In this document: positions 49,817 through 61,037 of the stretch, one piece after another
Position numbering within the stretch: the stretch's first letter is position 1
Layout: each line of letters opens with the position of its first letter
Assembly: GCA_019057815.1 (NCBI GenBank)
Contig: JAHLWR010000010.1
Location: 73,732 to 137,731 of the forward strand
Direction of reading: 5' to 3'
Origin: Candidatus Heimdallarchaeota archaeon
Lineage (GTDB): Archaea; Asgardarchaeota; Heimdallarchaeia; Heimdallarchaeales; Heimdallarchaeaceae
Length of the DNA: 64,000 nt
Position numbers and translations under genes: made by a program
Notes under the pieces: model-generated
Told to the model about the DNA's origin: nothing
Seen by the model: the letters and a program-made list of their open reading frames with translations, nothing else
Databases searched by the model: none

Positions 49817-51892
49817 TTGGGCTACTTGATAGAGCTATCAAAATATAGTATGTTTCTCACTGAGAAGGAAAAAAAATTTCTAGAAGGGTTATTGGATTTT
49901 AGATTATATAAAACACTACACGAATTTTTTGTTGACATTATTGATAATTGGTCAGTAATTCTGTCTTCTGAACTTCTTCCAGTTCATCAAGCGATTGTAT
50001 CATATGTTTTAATGATATATTTCCATTACCCAAAATTAGAAGAATTATATACTAAATATCCAACAATTGAGGTTGCTTCAAATTTTATACCTGTTTTAAC
50101 AAGGCAGGGTCAAAAAGAGAAAATTATGAATATTATAAGTAGTTTTTCAGAGGAAAGTATTAATGAAGCTTTAATTATTTCACAAATTGATTTTGTTATT
50201 GGAAAAAGTTACTTTCATGTCCATTATCATGAATTCACTGAAGCTAAAGAGCTAATAAGTTTAGCAGAAAGAAAAATTGATGAGACTTTAGGAAAAGAAC
50301 AATTTCAGATAGCTTACTATCAACAAAAAGCTTTAGTTAAAAACACTCTAGTTTTCCTTTTTGATAGAAAGAAAAATCATCACCAAGCTATAACTGAATG
50401 TATACTAGGAATAAAGCTTTTAGAAGAAAATAAAATTAATAACAGTTACCTTCTAGGAATATTATACAATTCTTATGGAAACTCTTTAAACATCTTTGGA
50501 GACCCATTAGCGAGAGAAAAGTTTGAAATTGCGTTAAAACATTTCACAAAGAATAATATCAAACGAGGTATGGCTGTTTGTCAAGGTAATATTGCGTCTT
50601 TAATGATAAAAGAGGGGAGATTTGAGAAATCTCTGGAACATTGCTTTGAATTTATTGAAACAATGGAAAAGTTTCAAGATCAAAGAAATATTCTAGTTAC
50701 TTATAATTTCATATATTCGTCCTTAAAGTCATTAGGAAGAATGGAAGAGGCGGAGAAATATCTAAAAAAAGCATTCGAACACATGGATAAATATAAGCTT
50801 GAAAATGATGAGATATATCTTGATGCTTCAGAATTTTATGCGCTCATTGGAAACTTTAAGCTTGCAGAAAAAAACTTAGATAGATATTATGAGTTATTAA
50901 AAGTGGATGAAAAAGAAACTATGAGAAGAGCGACTTGGTTGATGCATAAAGGATTCATTGAGTTAAAGAAAAAAAATATCTATAAATCTGAACAGGAATT
51001 GAGAGAAGGGATAAAAATAGCTAAAAAACAACATTATTCTTCCTTAGTCCTTCAAGGTTTAATCTATACAATTGAACTTCTAATTACTAAATACAGAATG
51101 GAAGAAAATCAGCAAATAAAACAAAAAATCATTGATGAAATAGAATTACATAGTCAAGAGAGTGTGATACTATTAAGAGAGCATAAATCCATTTTCCAGC
51201 TGGTGAATTATGAAATTTTATTAGCAACTGTTTATATTTTAACATTAAAGCTAAATCTTGCTAGCGATATTCTAAGAATAGCTCGCTCAATTTGTGAAAG
51301 ATATGATTTACAGAAACAGTTAGAAGAAATTAAAGAAAAAGAAGTAATTGTAAGAAGTTTATTATCATTATCAAAACAATCAGAAAGAGAGAATAAAATC
51401 CTTCAATCCCAATCTAAATTTGAAAATTCACTAGGATATCATTCTACAAGGGGGGTGAAAGAATCTACTTATATTTCAACCACAGATGAGAAACAAGATA
51501 TTCTTTACTTATTAATCATACTTCCTTCTGGTCTTCCTTGCTATTCTTATAATTTCAAAAAGGAAAGATTACATGATGACGAGCTTCTAATCGCTGGTTT
51601 AATCAATGCAATCCAAAAATTTAGCTCAGAAATATCAATAGAGAAAGGAGTATTTAGAATGCTGCAACACTCAGATTACATAGTATTGCTTGAACCTAGA
51701 GAAACGTTTACAATTGCCTTATTTACAGAGAACTTCGCTTACAAAGTTAAAGAGAACATCATTCTTTTAGCAGATAAAGTTGAAGAAGATATTGATATTT
51801 TGGCAAAGAGAGGGTTTATAAAATCGGAAGAACTTTTGCCAATAACAACAAAACTAGATAAATTATTAAAAGAAATTTTCATTGAATCTTGA
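49817..51892 (+). CDS. TPR-like helical repeat protein with C-terminal roadblock/longin-like domain (tentative)
   Basis: 691 aa. The C-terminal ~140 aa has an alpha/beta pattern reminiscent of Roadblock/LC7. Confidence 0.45.
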   Translation: MGYLIELSKYSMFLTEKEKKFLEGLLDFRLYKTLHEFFVDIIDNWSVILSSELLPVHQAIVSYVLMIYFHYPKLEELYTKYPTIEVASNFIPVLTRQGQKEKIMNIISSFSEESINEALIISQIDFVIGKSYFHVHYHEFTEAKELISLAERKIDETLGKEQFQIAYYQQKALVKNTLVFLFDRKKNHHQAITECILGIKLLEENKINNSYLLGILYNSYGNSLNIFGDPLAREKFEIALKHFTKNNIKRGMAVCQGNIASLMIKEGRFEKSLEHCFEFIETMEKFQDQRNILVTYNFIYSSLKSLGRMEEAEKYLKKAFEHMDKYKLENDEIYLDASEFYALIGNFKLAEKNLDRYYELLKVDEKETMRRATWLMHKGFIELKKKNIYKSEQELREGIKIAKKQHYSSLVLQGLIYTIELLITKYRMEENQQIKQKIIDEIELHSQESVILLREHKSIFQLVNYEILLATVYILTLKLNLASDILRIARSICERYDLQKQLEEIKEKEVIVRSLLSLSKQSERENKILQSQSKFENSLGYHSTRGVKESTYISTTDEKQDILYLLIILPSGLPCYSYNFKKERLHDDELLIAGLINAIQKFSSEISIEKGVFRMLQHSDYIVLLEPRETFTIALFTENFAYKVKENIILLADKVEEDIDILAKRGFIKSEELLPITTKLDKLLKEIFIES

Positions 51893-52008
51893 TCTTATTT
51901 GAGAACACACTCTTCTTAAACAGATGTATTTTCATTTACTAACAATAAATCTTAAAATAACTTATAACATACAATATTTCCCTATAGTATGACGAAGAAT
52001 TTGATAAG

Positions 52009-52662
52009 GTGATTAAGATTCTATTCGGCAAGAAAACAAGAAGTATGTATGATTTATTTGTTGAGAATTGTACACTAGTTGAAGAGGCTTTCCATCTCAT
52101 GTCTGATGCTGTTCTAGCTTTTCTAGAACAAGATTTCGAGCAAGCTAAAACAAAGACAGAAGAAGCTATTCTGGTGGAAAAGAAGCAAGATCGTTTACGG
52201 GAAGAAATAACTGAGCGTTTGTTTAGCAGAGAAACAATGGCTTTTTCACGGTCTGATAGACTTAAAATTATTGAATCACTTGATAAGATTGTAGATAAAA
52301 TAGAAATTGTAGTGAGAAAGTTAATCCAATTTCCCCACGATGTTCCTGATTCTTTGCAAGGGGGGATAAGAAACATTGCTGACAAAAGTAAAATTTTAGG
52401 TACTGAAGTCAAAGAATTGGTTGTTGGTGTTCTTGATGATTTCAAAAAGGGTAAAGAACACATCACAAAAATAACTGACATTCGCCGTGAAGTAAGAGAG
52501 ATACATTGGAATCTACTTGAGAGCAATTTCAAGGAGAACTACAAAGATTTCTTAGTTTTCGACCATAATCAAAATCTGATCAAAGACCTATGTAAAGCTG
52601 CTGACAGAGTTGAAGATTTCGCAGACCAAATCTATGGTTTAATCTGTAAATATGCTTTGTAG
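52009..52662 (+). CDS. DUF47/PhoU-like phosphate transport regulator
   Basis: Helical. Immediately upstream of the PiT gene, as is typical for DUF47. Confidence 0.65.
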   Translation: MIKILFGKKTRSMYDLFVENCTLVEEAFHLMSDAVLAFLEQDFEQAKTKTEEAILVEKKQDRLREEITERLFSRETMAFSRSDRLKIIESLDKIVDKIEIVVRKLIQFPHDVPDSLQGGIRNIADKSKILGTEVKELVVGVLDDFKKGKEHITKITDIRREVREIHWNLLESNFKENYKDFLVFDHNQNLIKDLCKAADRVEDFADQIYGLICKYAL

Positions 52663-52696
52663 ATATCAGATGAATAAATTACAGGATGGTACTTAG

Positions 52697-53704
52697 ATGG
52701 ATGTTGTGGTCATTGTTCTCTTGATTTTGATGTTAGCTCTATCATTTGGTATAGGTGCTAATGACGAAACAATGGCCACTTTAGTAGGAAGTAAGTCAAT
52801 AAAAACAAAATACGCCTTAATTCTTGCTGGAACATTAGTTTTTGTTGGAGTATTCTTTTTATCAGAAAACGTTGGAAGAACAATTGGAACAAACCTGCTA
52901 GGAGAGAATGTTGACTATAATGTATTCATGCTCCTTGCTATTGTTATTAGCACTACAATCTGGTTGATTGTAGCGTCTCGAACAGGTGCTCCAATCAGCA
53001 CAACACATTCAATAGTAGGATCAGTTTTTGGTGTTGCTATAGTTTGGAGTATCAGTAATGGTGGAAGTTTTATAGATTCAATAAATTGGAGTAAAATGGG
53101 AGATGTGGCACTTGGATGGGTAATATCACCGATATTAGGGTTTCTAGGAGCTTATGGAGTTCAACTTATAGTATCAAAGATAATGGCTTCACAACAGAAA
53201 GGTTTACGAAAACTCGAAAAAATGGAGAAATTCTTCATATATTTTCTTATCGTATCTGTCTGTTGGACCCAATTAAGCAGAGGGGGAAATGATTCTGCAA
53301 ATGCTCTAGGGATCATGTATGGTTTGATTGAATCAGGAGATTTTTCCGCAGAAAATTCCACTTACCTTGTGCTTGCAGCTGGTGGAGTGCTAGCTTTTGG
53401 ATTGGTTGTTGTAGGAAAAAACGTTATAAAAAACGTCGGAAAAAACCTTATCGAAATGCGACCTTCAGATGCATTTAGTATTCAAATATCTACAAGTATT
53501 ATTCTTTTCGTGGCAACATGGCTTGGTTTACCTGTTTCTGGAAGCCATATTCTTATTTTTGCAGTATTAGGAGCTGGGAGGGTGAAAGGACAAAGACCAG
53601 ATAAAAAATCCTTCAGAAAGATGGTATTAAGTTGGGTAATCACTTTTCCTGTTGCTGCAGCTTTATCGGCCCTGTGTTATACTATTTTTGTTCTAGCTAT
53701 TTGA
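52697..53704 (+). CDS. inorganic phosphate transporter, PiT family
   Basis: GANDETMA and GGNDSANA signature motifs in the two halves. Polytopic. Confidence 0.8.
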   Translation: MDVVVIVLLILMLALSFGIGANDETMATLVGSKSIKTKYALILAGTLVFVGVFFLSENVGRTIGTNLLGENVDYNVFMLLAIVISTTIWLIVASRTGAPISTTHSIVGSVFGVAIVWSISNGGSFIDSINWSKMGDVALGWVISPILGFLGAYGVQLIVSKIMASQQKGLRKLEKMEKFFIYFLIVSVCWTQLSRGGNDSANALGIMYGLIESGDFSAENSTYLVLAAGGVLAFGLVVVGKNVIKNVGKNLIEMRPSDAFSIQISTSIILFVATWLGLPVSGSHILIFAVLGAGRVKGQRPDKKSFRKMVLSWVITFPVAAALSALCYTIFVLAI

Positions 53705-53770
53705 GTTCCACACTGTTTGTTAAATTAATAAATGGAAAGTAATTTATATTTGCCTTATTAAGAATAATTT

Positions 53771-54733
53771 ATGTCAAAAAATCATATTCGTTTTTCAGGA
53801 TCGTCTATGCTCCCTGATATTAACACTAAAAAGGACGTACGTATATCAGGATCGGGAAAACTTGATGGTACTATCGAATGCAACTTCTTCAGAACCTCCG
53901 GATCTTTCAATGGAAAAGGAAGCATCAATGCACATGGAGGAATGAGAAGTTCAGGATCTTTCAAATTCGAAGGTCCCGTGCAGAGTGGTGATAAGGTTAG
54001 ATTTAGTGGCAGCGCAAAATTGAAGGGAAATCTTACTGTTGGTGAAGAACTTAGGTGTTCTGGCTCTTTGAACGTAGATGGTTCAGTTAGTGCTAAAGAT
54101 GATACTAGATTCAGCGGAAGTGCAAACATCACAGGTGATTTAATAGTTGACGATGATCTCAAAAGCTCTGGCTCTTTAAAAGTTGGTGGAGCAGTTACTA
54201 TTGATGATGATGCAAAATTTAGTGGTAGTGCAAAAATTGAAGGAGATATTGACATAGGAGAATTTTTGCGTTCTTCAGGTTCTCTCAAATGTGCTAGTAA
54301 CGTAAAAGCTAAGCATGGTGCCAAAATAAGAGGTTCAGCAAATATTAAACTCAACCTTGAAACAGAAGGTTACGTCGACATTAGGGGCGGTGCTAAAATT
54401 GGTGGAAATGTCACAGGTGTAGATATTAGCTTTGATCAGCATAAATGGTATGCTTTCTGGTACTGGACATCTTACATTCTTAGTTTCTGGAGAGTATTCA
54501 GAAAAGCTTACGAAATAGGTGGAAGTATTATAGCTAAGAATACAGTTGATATAAACCGTACTTACATTGCAGGCGATATCAAAGCAAGGACAATTACACT
54601 AAGACGATTTACTAAGGTCGATGGTACAGTCTATTACGTCGATGAATGTCTAGTTCATAAAAAAGCAAAATTGAGCAACCAACCTGTCAGAATAGCGCCA
54701 GAAGAACTAGAGTCAGAGAAGTTAAAATTATGA
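53771..54733 (+). CDS. bactofilin-like beta-helix repeat (polymer-forming cytoskeletal) protein
   Basis: Roughly 10 repeats of [RK]FSGS.K..G...V...L.SSGSL.V.G.V. Confidence 0.5.
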   Translation: MSKNHIRFSGSSMLPDINTKKDVRISGSGKLDGTIECNFFRTSGSFNGKGSINAHGGMRSSGSFKFEGPVQSGDKVRFSGSAKLKGNLTVGEELRCSGSLNVDGSVSAKDDTRFSGSANITGDLIVDDDLKSSGSLKVGGAVTIDDDAKFSGSAKIEGDIDIGEFLRSSGSLKCASNVKAKHGAKIRGSANIKLNLETEGYVDIRGGAKIGGNVTGVDISFDQHKWYAFWYWTSYILSFWRVFRKAYEIGGSIIAKNTVDINRTYIAGDIKARTITLRRFTKVDGTVYYVDECLVHKKAKLSNQPVRIAPEELESEKLKL

Positions 54734-54902
54734 GGTTTAGAATATAAGCAAGATTAGTGAATTATTAGTGTTTAAAGATTTTAATCCTTTTTTAGATCCC
54801 CTAAAAACTATTTTCTCACTGGAAAACCATATTTAAAAGCAACCTATTTACGAAGAGTGTCACGATAGTTTCTTTAGGTATAAGAAGAATTTCGGTGATA
54901 AA

Positions 54903-55319
54903 ATGGCATATAAATTTCCAAGCAAAGAATGGATTGAATCCTATAAGGACACCCTAAATAGTGAAAAGGGTAAATCATGGCAAGAAGCTGCTAAAACGTG
55001 GGAAGGCGACTTTCTATTTGTTATAGAACCAGATGAAAAATTAAAGAAGGGGCATACTTTCTACATAGATCTATGGCATGGAGAATGTAGGAATGTAGGT
55101 AGTTTTGAGGAAGGCGAAAAAGTACCAGAAACTGAGTTTGAGTACAAAGGAACATATTCTAATTGGTTTAAATTAATTAATGGTGAAATAGACCCAATAA
55201 AAGGGCTTTTAACGCGAAAATTCACATTGAAAGGTAATAAAGCAAAAGTGATGCGTGCTACAAAAGCAGCTAAAGAACTAGTTAATACTGCTCAAAAAGT
55301 TGAAACGGAATTCTTTTAA
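54903..55319 (+). CDS. SCP2 sterol-carrier-like domain protein
   Basis: 138 aa. ...GEIDPIKGLLTRKFTLKGNKAKVMR... resembles SCP2. Confidence 0.5.
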   Translation: MAYKFPSKEWIESYKDTLNSEKGKSWQEAAKTWEGDFLFVIEPDEKLKKGHTFYIDLWHGECRNVGSFEEGEKVPETEFEYKGTYSNWFKLINGEIDPIKGLLTRKFTLKGNKAKVMRATKAAKELVNTAQKVETEFF

Positions 55320-55334
55320 TTCCCCTACTTTCAG

Positions 55335-56495
55335 TTGATTTCTATGTGGTACTTTAGATCGCCAAAGAATATAGTTTTTGGTGAAGATGCTATTAGCTAT
55401 CTTGAGGATTTGGAAGGAAAAAGTGTTTTACTTGTGACTGATAGTATATTGATGAACCTAAAAATCCCTCAAATAGTGACAAAGCTTCTCCAAGAAAACA
55501 ATATGAATGTTACAATATACGATGAAGTAAACTCTGAACCAACAATCAGTATGGCGGAAAAAGGAGCAAAAATTGCATCTGAAAATGAGATAGATTGGAT
55601 TGTTGCTGTTGGGGGTGGTTCTGTAATTGATTGTGCTAAATCTATTTGGATACTATATGAGAATCCTGAAATGAGAATAGATGAAGTTTTTCCAGAAGAC
55701 CCTTTACCCTTAAGAAATAAGGCCAGACTAATTGCTATTCCAACAACAAGTGGAACAGGTTCTGACGCAAATTGGGCTGTAGTTATTACAGACACTCAGA
55801 CTGGACAAAAATTGAGCATTGGACACAAAAATCTTATCCCAGATATTAGTATTGTTGACCCACAATTCACATTAAACCTGCCCAAACATGTAACAGCTTC
55901 AACAGGTATAGATGTTTTAGCTCATTCGATTGAAGCATGCACAGTTCAATGGAGAAATGATTTTAGTAATCCTTTCGCGCTTCAAGCAATAAAAACTGTA
56001 TTTAAATATCTACTAAAAGTTGTTGAAGAAGGGCAGAACGCCAAATATAGGGAAAAAATGCACAATGCAGCTACTATGGCAGGGATAGCAATTGGAAACA
56101 GTCAAATTGGAGGAACCCACGCATTAGCTCATTCAGCTGGAGCTGTTTTAAATATCAATCATGGTGAGATAATTGCAGTGGTTCTACCTCATATGATGCG
56201 ATTTTGTGTCGAAGAAGAGGAAGTTGCAAGCCTTTATTCAGAAATTGCTTATCAAATTCGTTTGCCTTTTAGTACTCCAAAAGAAGGAGCTTTAAAGCTG
56301 ATTGATAAGACTGAAGAACTAATCAGAAATCTTGGGCTTAAGATGAAATTATCGGATTTTGGTGTAACAAAGCAACAATTAGATGAAAATATGGAAGAAT
56401 TGTGCAATTTTGCAATTAATGATACTGGGTCATTAGTAAATCCTAGAGATTTGACAGAAGACGATATTGAAAGACTCTATAATGAAATGCTTTAG
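55335..56495 (+). CDS. iron-containing alcohol dehydrogenase
   Basis: GGGSVIDCAKSI, with the H...H metal ligands (HSIEA, HALAHS). Confidence 0.85.
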   Translation: MISMWYFRSPKNIVFGEDAISYLEDLEGKSVLLVTDSILMNLKIPQIVTKLLQENNMNVTIYDEVNSEPTISMAEKGAKIASENEIDWIVAVGGGSVIDCAKSIWILYENPEMRIDEVFPEDPLPLRNKARLIAIPTTSGTGSDANWAVVITDTQTGQKLSIGHKNLIPDISIVDPQFTLNLPKHVTASTGIDVLAHSIEACTVQWRNDFSNPFALQAIKTVFKYLLKVVEEGQNAKYREKMHNAATMAGIAIGNSQIGGTHALAHSAGAVLNINHGEIIAVVLPHMMRFCVEEEEVASLYSEIAYQIRLPFSTPKEGALKLIDKTEELIRNLGLKMKLSDFGVTKQQLDENMEELCNFAINDTGSLVNPRDLTEDDIERLYNEML

Positions 56496-58334
56496 GTGGT
56501 TCTCATTAGTGGTTATCGAGGTAAAATACTACGAATAAATCTGACAGAGAGAGAGGTTAAAACTGAACCTCTTGATGAGGAAAATGCAAGAAAGTTTGTA
56601 GGTGGAAGCGGTTTAGGGGCTTACTATTACTATAAATTCATTGAACAGAAGGTTGTTGAAGCTCTCTCCCCTGAAAACATTCTAATCTTTTTTACAGGTC
56701 CGTTAACTGGTTTACCTACTGCTTGTGCAGGCAGATTTTCAATTTGCTCTCGATCGCCACTTACAGGCATTTGGGGTGAAGCAAACTCTGGAGGGAAATT
56801 CGGACCTGAACTCAAATTTGCTGGTTATGATGGTATAATAGTAGAAGGAAAATCTGAAAATCCTGTTTATGTTTATATTAATGATGAAAAAGTTGAGATA
56901 AGAGACGCTAAAGATTATTGGGGGATGGAAGTATTTGAGTCTCAAGAAAAAATCCTACGGGATTTAGAAGATGATACCTTTAAAATAGCTTGTATTGGTC
57001 CTGCTGGTGAAAATTTAGTCAAATTTGCATCAATAATGAATGATGGTGCTAGAGCAGCTGGTAGGACAGGATTAGGAGCTGTCATGGGTTCAAAAATGTT
57101 GAAAGCAATAGTTGTTAAAGGAAGCAATAAACATTTCTCACTCCCTGAGGAATTCAAGGAGGTTTCGCAAGAAGCTCAAGATATAATAATGAACGATTTT
57201 TCCACTGAATTGTCTCATGATTTAGGAACAGCAGGATATGTTGATCTTGCAGTAGACATGTATGGAGACTTACCAATTCGCAACTGGTCTCAAGGAACCT
57301 ATGAAAATGCTTTCAAAATCTCCGGTGCAACAATGTCTGAAACAATATTAGTTGGAAGAAAAGCTTGTTATCGTTGTCCTATTGCTTGCGGTAGAGAAGT
57401 GGAGATTCCAGAAGGTAAATACAAACTTCCCAAAACCAAAGGACCGGAATATGAAACCATAGGAGCATTTGGAACGAATTTGTTGATAGATGATCTTGAA
57501 GCGTTAGCTTACGCCAACTATATGGCAAACTCTTATGGTATTGATACAATTTCAGCTGGAGCAACAATAGGGGTTCTCCTAGATCTTGTATCTAAGAATG
57601 TAATTCCAAAAGGAGACTTACTTGATAAATTAGATTATTCATTTGGCAATCCTGAAATATTAATTAAATTACTGCGTATTATTAGTTACCGCGAAGGTAT
57701 CGGGAACTTACTAGCAGAAGGGAGCAAGAAATTAGCAGAACACTATAATCAACCTGATGTCTCTCCACAAATTGCAGGATTAGAAGCACCTTACCATGAT
57801 CCTCGAGCTTTTAGTGGAATGGCAGTACAATATCTAACAAGCCCACGAGGAGCATGTCATGTGAATGGTGATGCCTACCTTGTTCTACAAGGAATGACAT
57901 TTCCAGAATTGGGTATTGATGATATACCAAACAGATTTGAAAACAAAGGAATTGCCAAACAGATGGCAAACATTCAAAGCTATAGGCAACTGTATAATGC
58001 AATGACTATATGTCAATTCTACAATCCACCTGCAACATTAGTAGCAAAACTATTAGGAATGGCAATGAGAGAAGACATAGTTCCAGAAGATCTTATTTTA
58101 TTAGGCGAAAGAATTTTTGCACTTAAACGCCTTTTAAACCTAAAACTTGGCTGGAAGACAGAATGGGAGAAGATCCCCTCAGTAATGTTACAGAAGCTAG
58201 AAGGACCAACTGAAGGTAATATACCAGATTATGAGACACAGCTGAAAGAATGGTACATTTATCGAAACTATGATAGAAACACAGGAGAACCAAAGACTGA
58301 TGAGCTCAAAAGATTAGAGTTGTTGAGTTTCTAG
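56496..58334 (+). CDS. aor: aldehyde:ferredoxin oxidoreductase (tungsten AOR family)
   Basis: GTG start abutting the ADH stop. GKILRINLT...FVGGSGLG N-terminal domain. CYRCPIACGRE is the 4Fe-4S/pterin motif. Confidence 0.85.
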   Translation: MVLISGYRGKILRINLTEREVKTEPLDEENARKFVGGSGLGAYYYYKFIEQKVVEALSPENILIFFTGPLTGLPTACAGRFSICSRSPLTGIWGEANSGGKFGPELKFAGYDGIIVEGKSENPVYVYINDEKVEIRDAKDYWGMEVFESQEKILRDLEDDTFKIACIGPAGENLVKFASIMNDGARAAGRTGLGAVMGSKMLKAIVVKGSNKHFSLPEEFKEVSQEAQDIIMNDFSTELSHDLGTAGYVDLAVDMYGDLPIRNWSQGTYENAFKISGATMSETILVGRKACYRCPIACGREVEIPEGKYKLPKTKGPEYETIGAFGTNLLIDDLEALAYANYMANSYGIDTISAGATIGVLLDLVSKNVIPKGDLLDKLDYSFGNPEILIKLLRIISYREGIGNLLAEGSKKLAEHYNQPDVSPQIAGLEAPYHDPRAFSGMAVQYLTSPRGACHVNGDAYLVLQGMTFPELGIDDIPNRFENKGIAKQMANIQSYRQLYNAMTICQFYNPPATLVAKLLGMAMREDIVPEDLILLGERIFALKRLLNLKLGWKTEWEKIPSVMLQKLEGPTEGNIPDYETQLKEWYIYRNYDRNTGEPKTDELKRLELLSF

Positions 58335-58583
58335 TTAATGAACCTGAAACACTAAACAAAACAAGATTCTACATCATTCTAACAGTCATACTTTCAAAAT
58401 ATTGCAAAAGGAAGCAAGAGAAAATTACACCTTTTTTCTTCATAAGGCTTTGAAAAATAATTGAATTTGAGATTGTTAACCTTCTTAGAACTATCATACA
58501 GTTTTTAAGTTGTCAATGAAGAGAAATAACATAGAACGATATTTAATAATCAGATTATATTTACGGATATCAGGTGAATACTA

Positions 58584-59606
58584 GTGATTATTCAATCTAA
58601 TCCAAGCATTAACAAGATTATTGAAAAAATGCTAAGAGTCAACCTTGCTCTTATGGATGGAGAGAAATTCCTCATATTATCAGACTATCCTTCGCCTAAA
58701 GATATGATTGACAAACCTTCCGATATGATTGAGAGAATACTAAAACGAAATCTTCTAGCAAAGCAAATTGCTAAAGTTGCAACAGAAAAATTCCCCAATG
58801 TTCACACTGATTTCTTCTTATATGAATGTAAATGGAAACACTACCCCACGTTTGATATTGATTTTATCCAAAAAATTAGTCAGTATGATGTAATATATGT
58901 CATTTCAGAATTTTCCATATCAGACACTATGTGGTTGGAATATATAGAACGATATGATAAAAGAGCAGCTTTTTCACCAATGAGTGACGAAACAATTTTT
59001 CGTGATGATGGACCTTTGGATATTAATCAAAGTAAACTTGAAGAAGAGTTGCTTACAATTTATGCTAAAATCAAAAAAGCAGAAAAATGTCGAATTTACA
59101 ATGGCATAGGAACAGACATAGAGTTAGATGTGGATACTAATATGACAAGATATGAGACAGGTATTGTAGACCTTCCAGGAAAAGGATCAAATCTACCCGC
59201 AGGTGAAATTACTGTTGGTGGGAAACTAAACGGTACATATGTTGTTCCTCGTGGATGGCTAGAAGATCTTGATACAACACTTACGCTAACAATTGAAAAT
59301 AATAATATTAAGAAATATAAAGCAGATAATGAAGAAAGTAAATGGTTTAATAGATATTATTTACTTCTGAATGAAAACCGAAAAATAGGTCAAATCGCAT
59401 TTGGTTTCAATGTAAAAGCTGACAATCCATTTCTTCAAATTGAATTAGACAAAATGAGGGGAGTAGCGATTATTGCTATTGCTTTACTAACTAATCCTCT
59501 TGAAGCATACAGTGTTGTCTCGTTTTCAGGTCATCTTCCAACACCTAATTTCACAATGGAATTAGATGGTAAAATTATTTTTAAAAATGGACATTTAATA
59601 CCTTGA
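58584..59606 (+). CDS. putative aminopeptidase (M29-like), tentative
   Basis: 340 aa. Weak resemblance only. Confidence 0.35.
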   Translation: MIIQSNPSINKIIEKMLRVNLALMDGEKFLILSDYPSPKDMIDKPSDMIERILKRNLLAKQIAKVATEKFPNVHTDFFLYECKWKHYPTFDIDFIQKISQYDVIYVISEFSISDTMWLEYIERYDKRAAFSPMSDETIFRDDGPLDINQSKLEEELLTIYAKIKKAEKCRIYNGIGTDIELDVDTNMTRYETGIVDLPGKGSNLPAGEITVGGKLNGTYVVPRGWLEDLDTTLTLTIENNNIKKYKADNEESKWFNRYYLLLNENRKIGQIAFGFNVKADNPFLQIELDKMRGVAIIAIALLTNPLEAYSVVSFSGHLPTPNFTMELDGKIIFKNGHLIP

Positions 59607-59820
59607 AAAAAAGGAAAAAGAGAAAATTATCTTCCTATCTTTTTCAATATAGATGGAATTGTTTTTCTAAAATCTGCTGATTCGCTTAATCCTGCTTCAA
59701 TAATGATTCTTGGATCATATGGGAATTTAAGGGAGAATTCTCCCTACTAACCTGACTTATGCCGCTATTAAAGGCAATCTGGATATAGCGTGTGTTAGAT
59801 TTTAACTGTTAATCCACCTA

Positions 59821-60585
59821 TTATTTCAACTTTTTAGCAATTTCAACTACACTATCTGATAATTCATTTGGCATGAAAATAACAATCTTTTCACTTGGAT
59901 CTTGTGCTATATCACGTATTGTTTGAAGAGTACGAAGATGTAAAGCTCCTTTTGCTGTTGCAAGTTTCTCTGCTGCATCAGCTAAGTTCTGTGAAGCAAT
60001 CTTCTCTCCTTCAGATTGGATAATTATAGCTCTTTTTGCTCTTTCAGCTTCAGCTTGTTTAGCAAAAGCTCTTTTCATCTCTCCTGGAAGTTCAAGTTCT
60101 TGAATCTTAATGCTTTTAATATCGATACCCCATTCAATAGTTTCTTTTTCTACCATCCCACGAATATCAATAGCGATTCTTTCTCGCTCCATCAAAACTT
60201 GATCAAGTTCCATAGTACCGATTGTGTCTCTTAATGCTGCTTGAGTATATTGTCTAACTGCATAAACATAATTTTCGATTTTTATAACAGCATCTTCAGG
60301 TTTTACAACCTTGAAATAAACAACAGTATTAGCTAAGACTGGTATATTATCTCTTGTTATTACTTCTTGCCTAGAAATATCTTGTGTGATAATTCGCAGT
60401 TCTACTTTTTTAGCTGACTCAAATAGAGGAATTATGTAAATTAATCCCGGTCCAATTGTTCTTATATATCTTCCTAATCGAAAGACAACTAGCCTTTCAT
60501 ATTCTAAGGCGACTCTTATTCCAGATAAGAAGAAAAGAAGAATCGCTACACCTGCTACAATTGCAATGATAGTTCCGTATTCCAT
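59821..60585 (-). CDS. SPFH/Band-7 (stomatin/prohibitin-like) protein
   Basis: N-terminal TM, then RVALEYERLVVFRLGRY... and an A/E-rich coiled-coil tail. Confidence 0.8.
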   Translation of the reverse strand: MEYGTIIAIVAGVAILLFFLSGIRVALEYERLVVFRLGRYIRTIGPGLIYIIPLFESAKKVELRIITQDISRQEVITRDNIPVLANTVVYFKVVKPEDAVIKIENYVYAVRQYTQAALRDTIGTMELDQVLMERERIAIDIRGMVEKETIEWGIDIKSIKIQELELPGEMKRAFAKQAEAERAKRAIIIQSEGEKIASQNLADAAEKLATAKGALHLRTLQTIRDIAQDPSEKIVIFMPNELSDSVVEIAKKLK

Positions 60586-60731
60586 TTTATCACCTTAAGT
60601 TTCAATTAAGTTACTTCTAATAGCACATTTTTAATGTTATTGTTCAAGCTTTAATTGCTATAAAACAAAAAAGTACTTTTCGATGAGTACAAGAAGAAAT
60701 TTGAACTACATTTTTTAAATAGCAATGTTAG

Positions 60732-61037
60732 ATGGTAAATATGAACGAGCATTCTCAAGGAAAACGATTGAGATTACAAGAACTTGAATATGATATTGGA
60801 TCGCTTCCCCGAGGATCATCAAACTCTATTTCTGATGTAAATGGAGTGTTAGTTGGTCATTCCACTATAATAAAGGGAGAAGGGAAGCTGGAAGTGAGTG
60901 TTGATCCTATTAGAACTGGTGTAACAATCATTTTACCTCACAATGGGAATATTTTCAGAGAAAAAGTTCAAGCAAGTGCTTTCGTTATGATGGGTTTTTG
61001 TCTTGTTGTACTATTAACTACAAATGAATCAGTTTAA
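60732..61037 (+). pseudogene. N-terminal part of DmpA/S58 (P1-family) peptidase gene split by IS insertion
   Basis: NSISDVNGVLVGHSTII...RTGVTIILP is the DmpA N-terminal signature. The reading frame departs after ...ASAFVM at about 60989. Confidence 0.6.
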
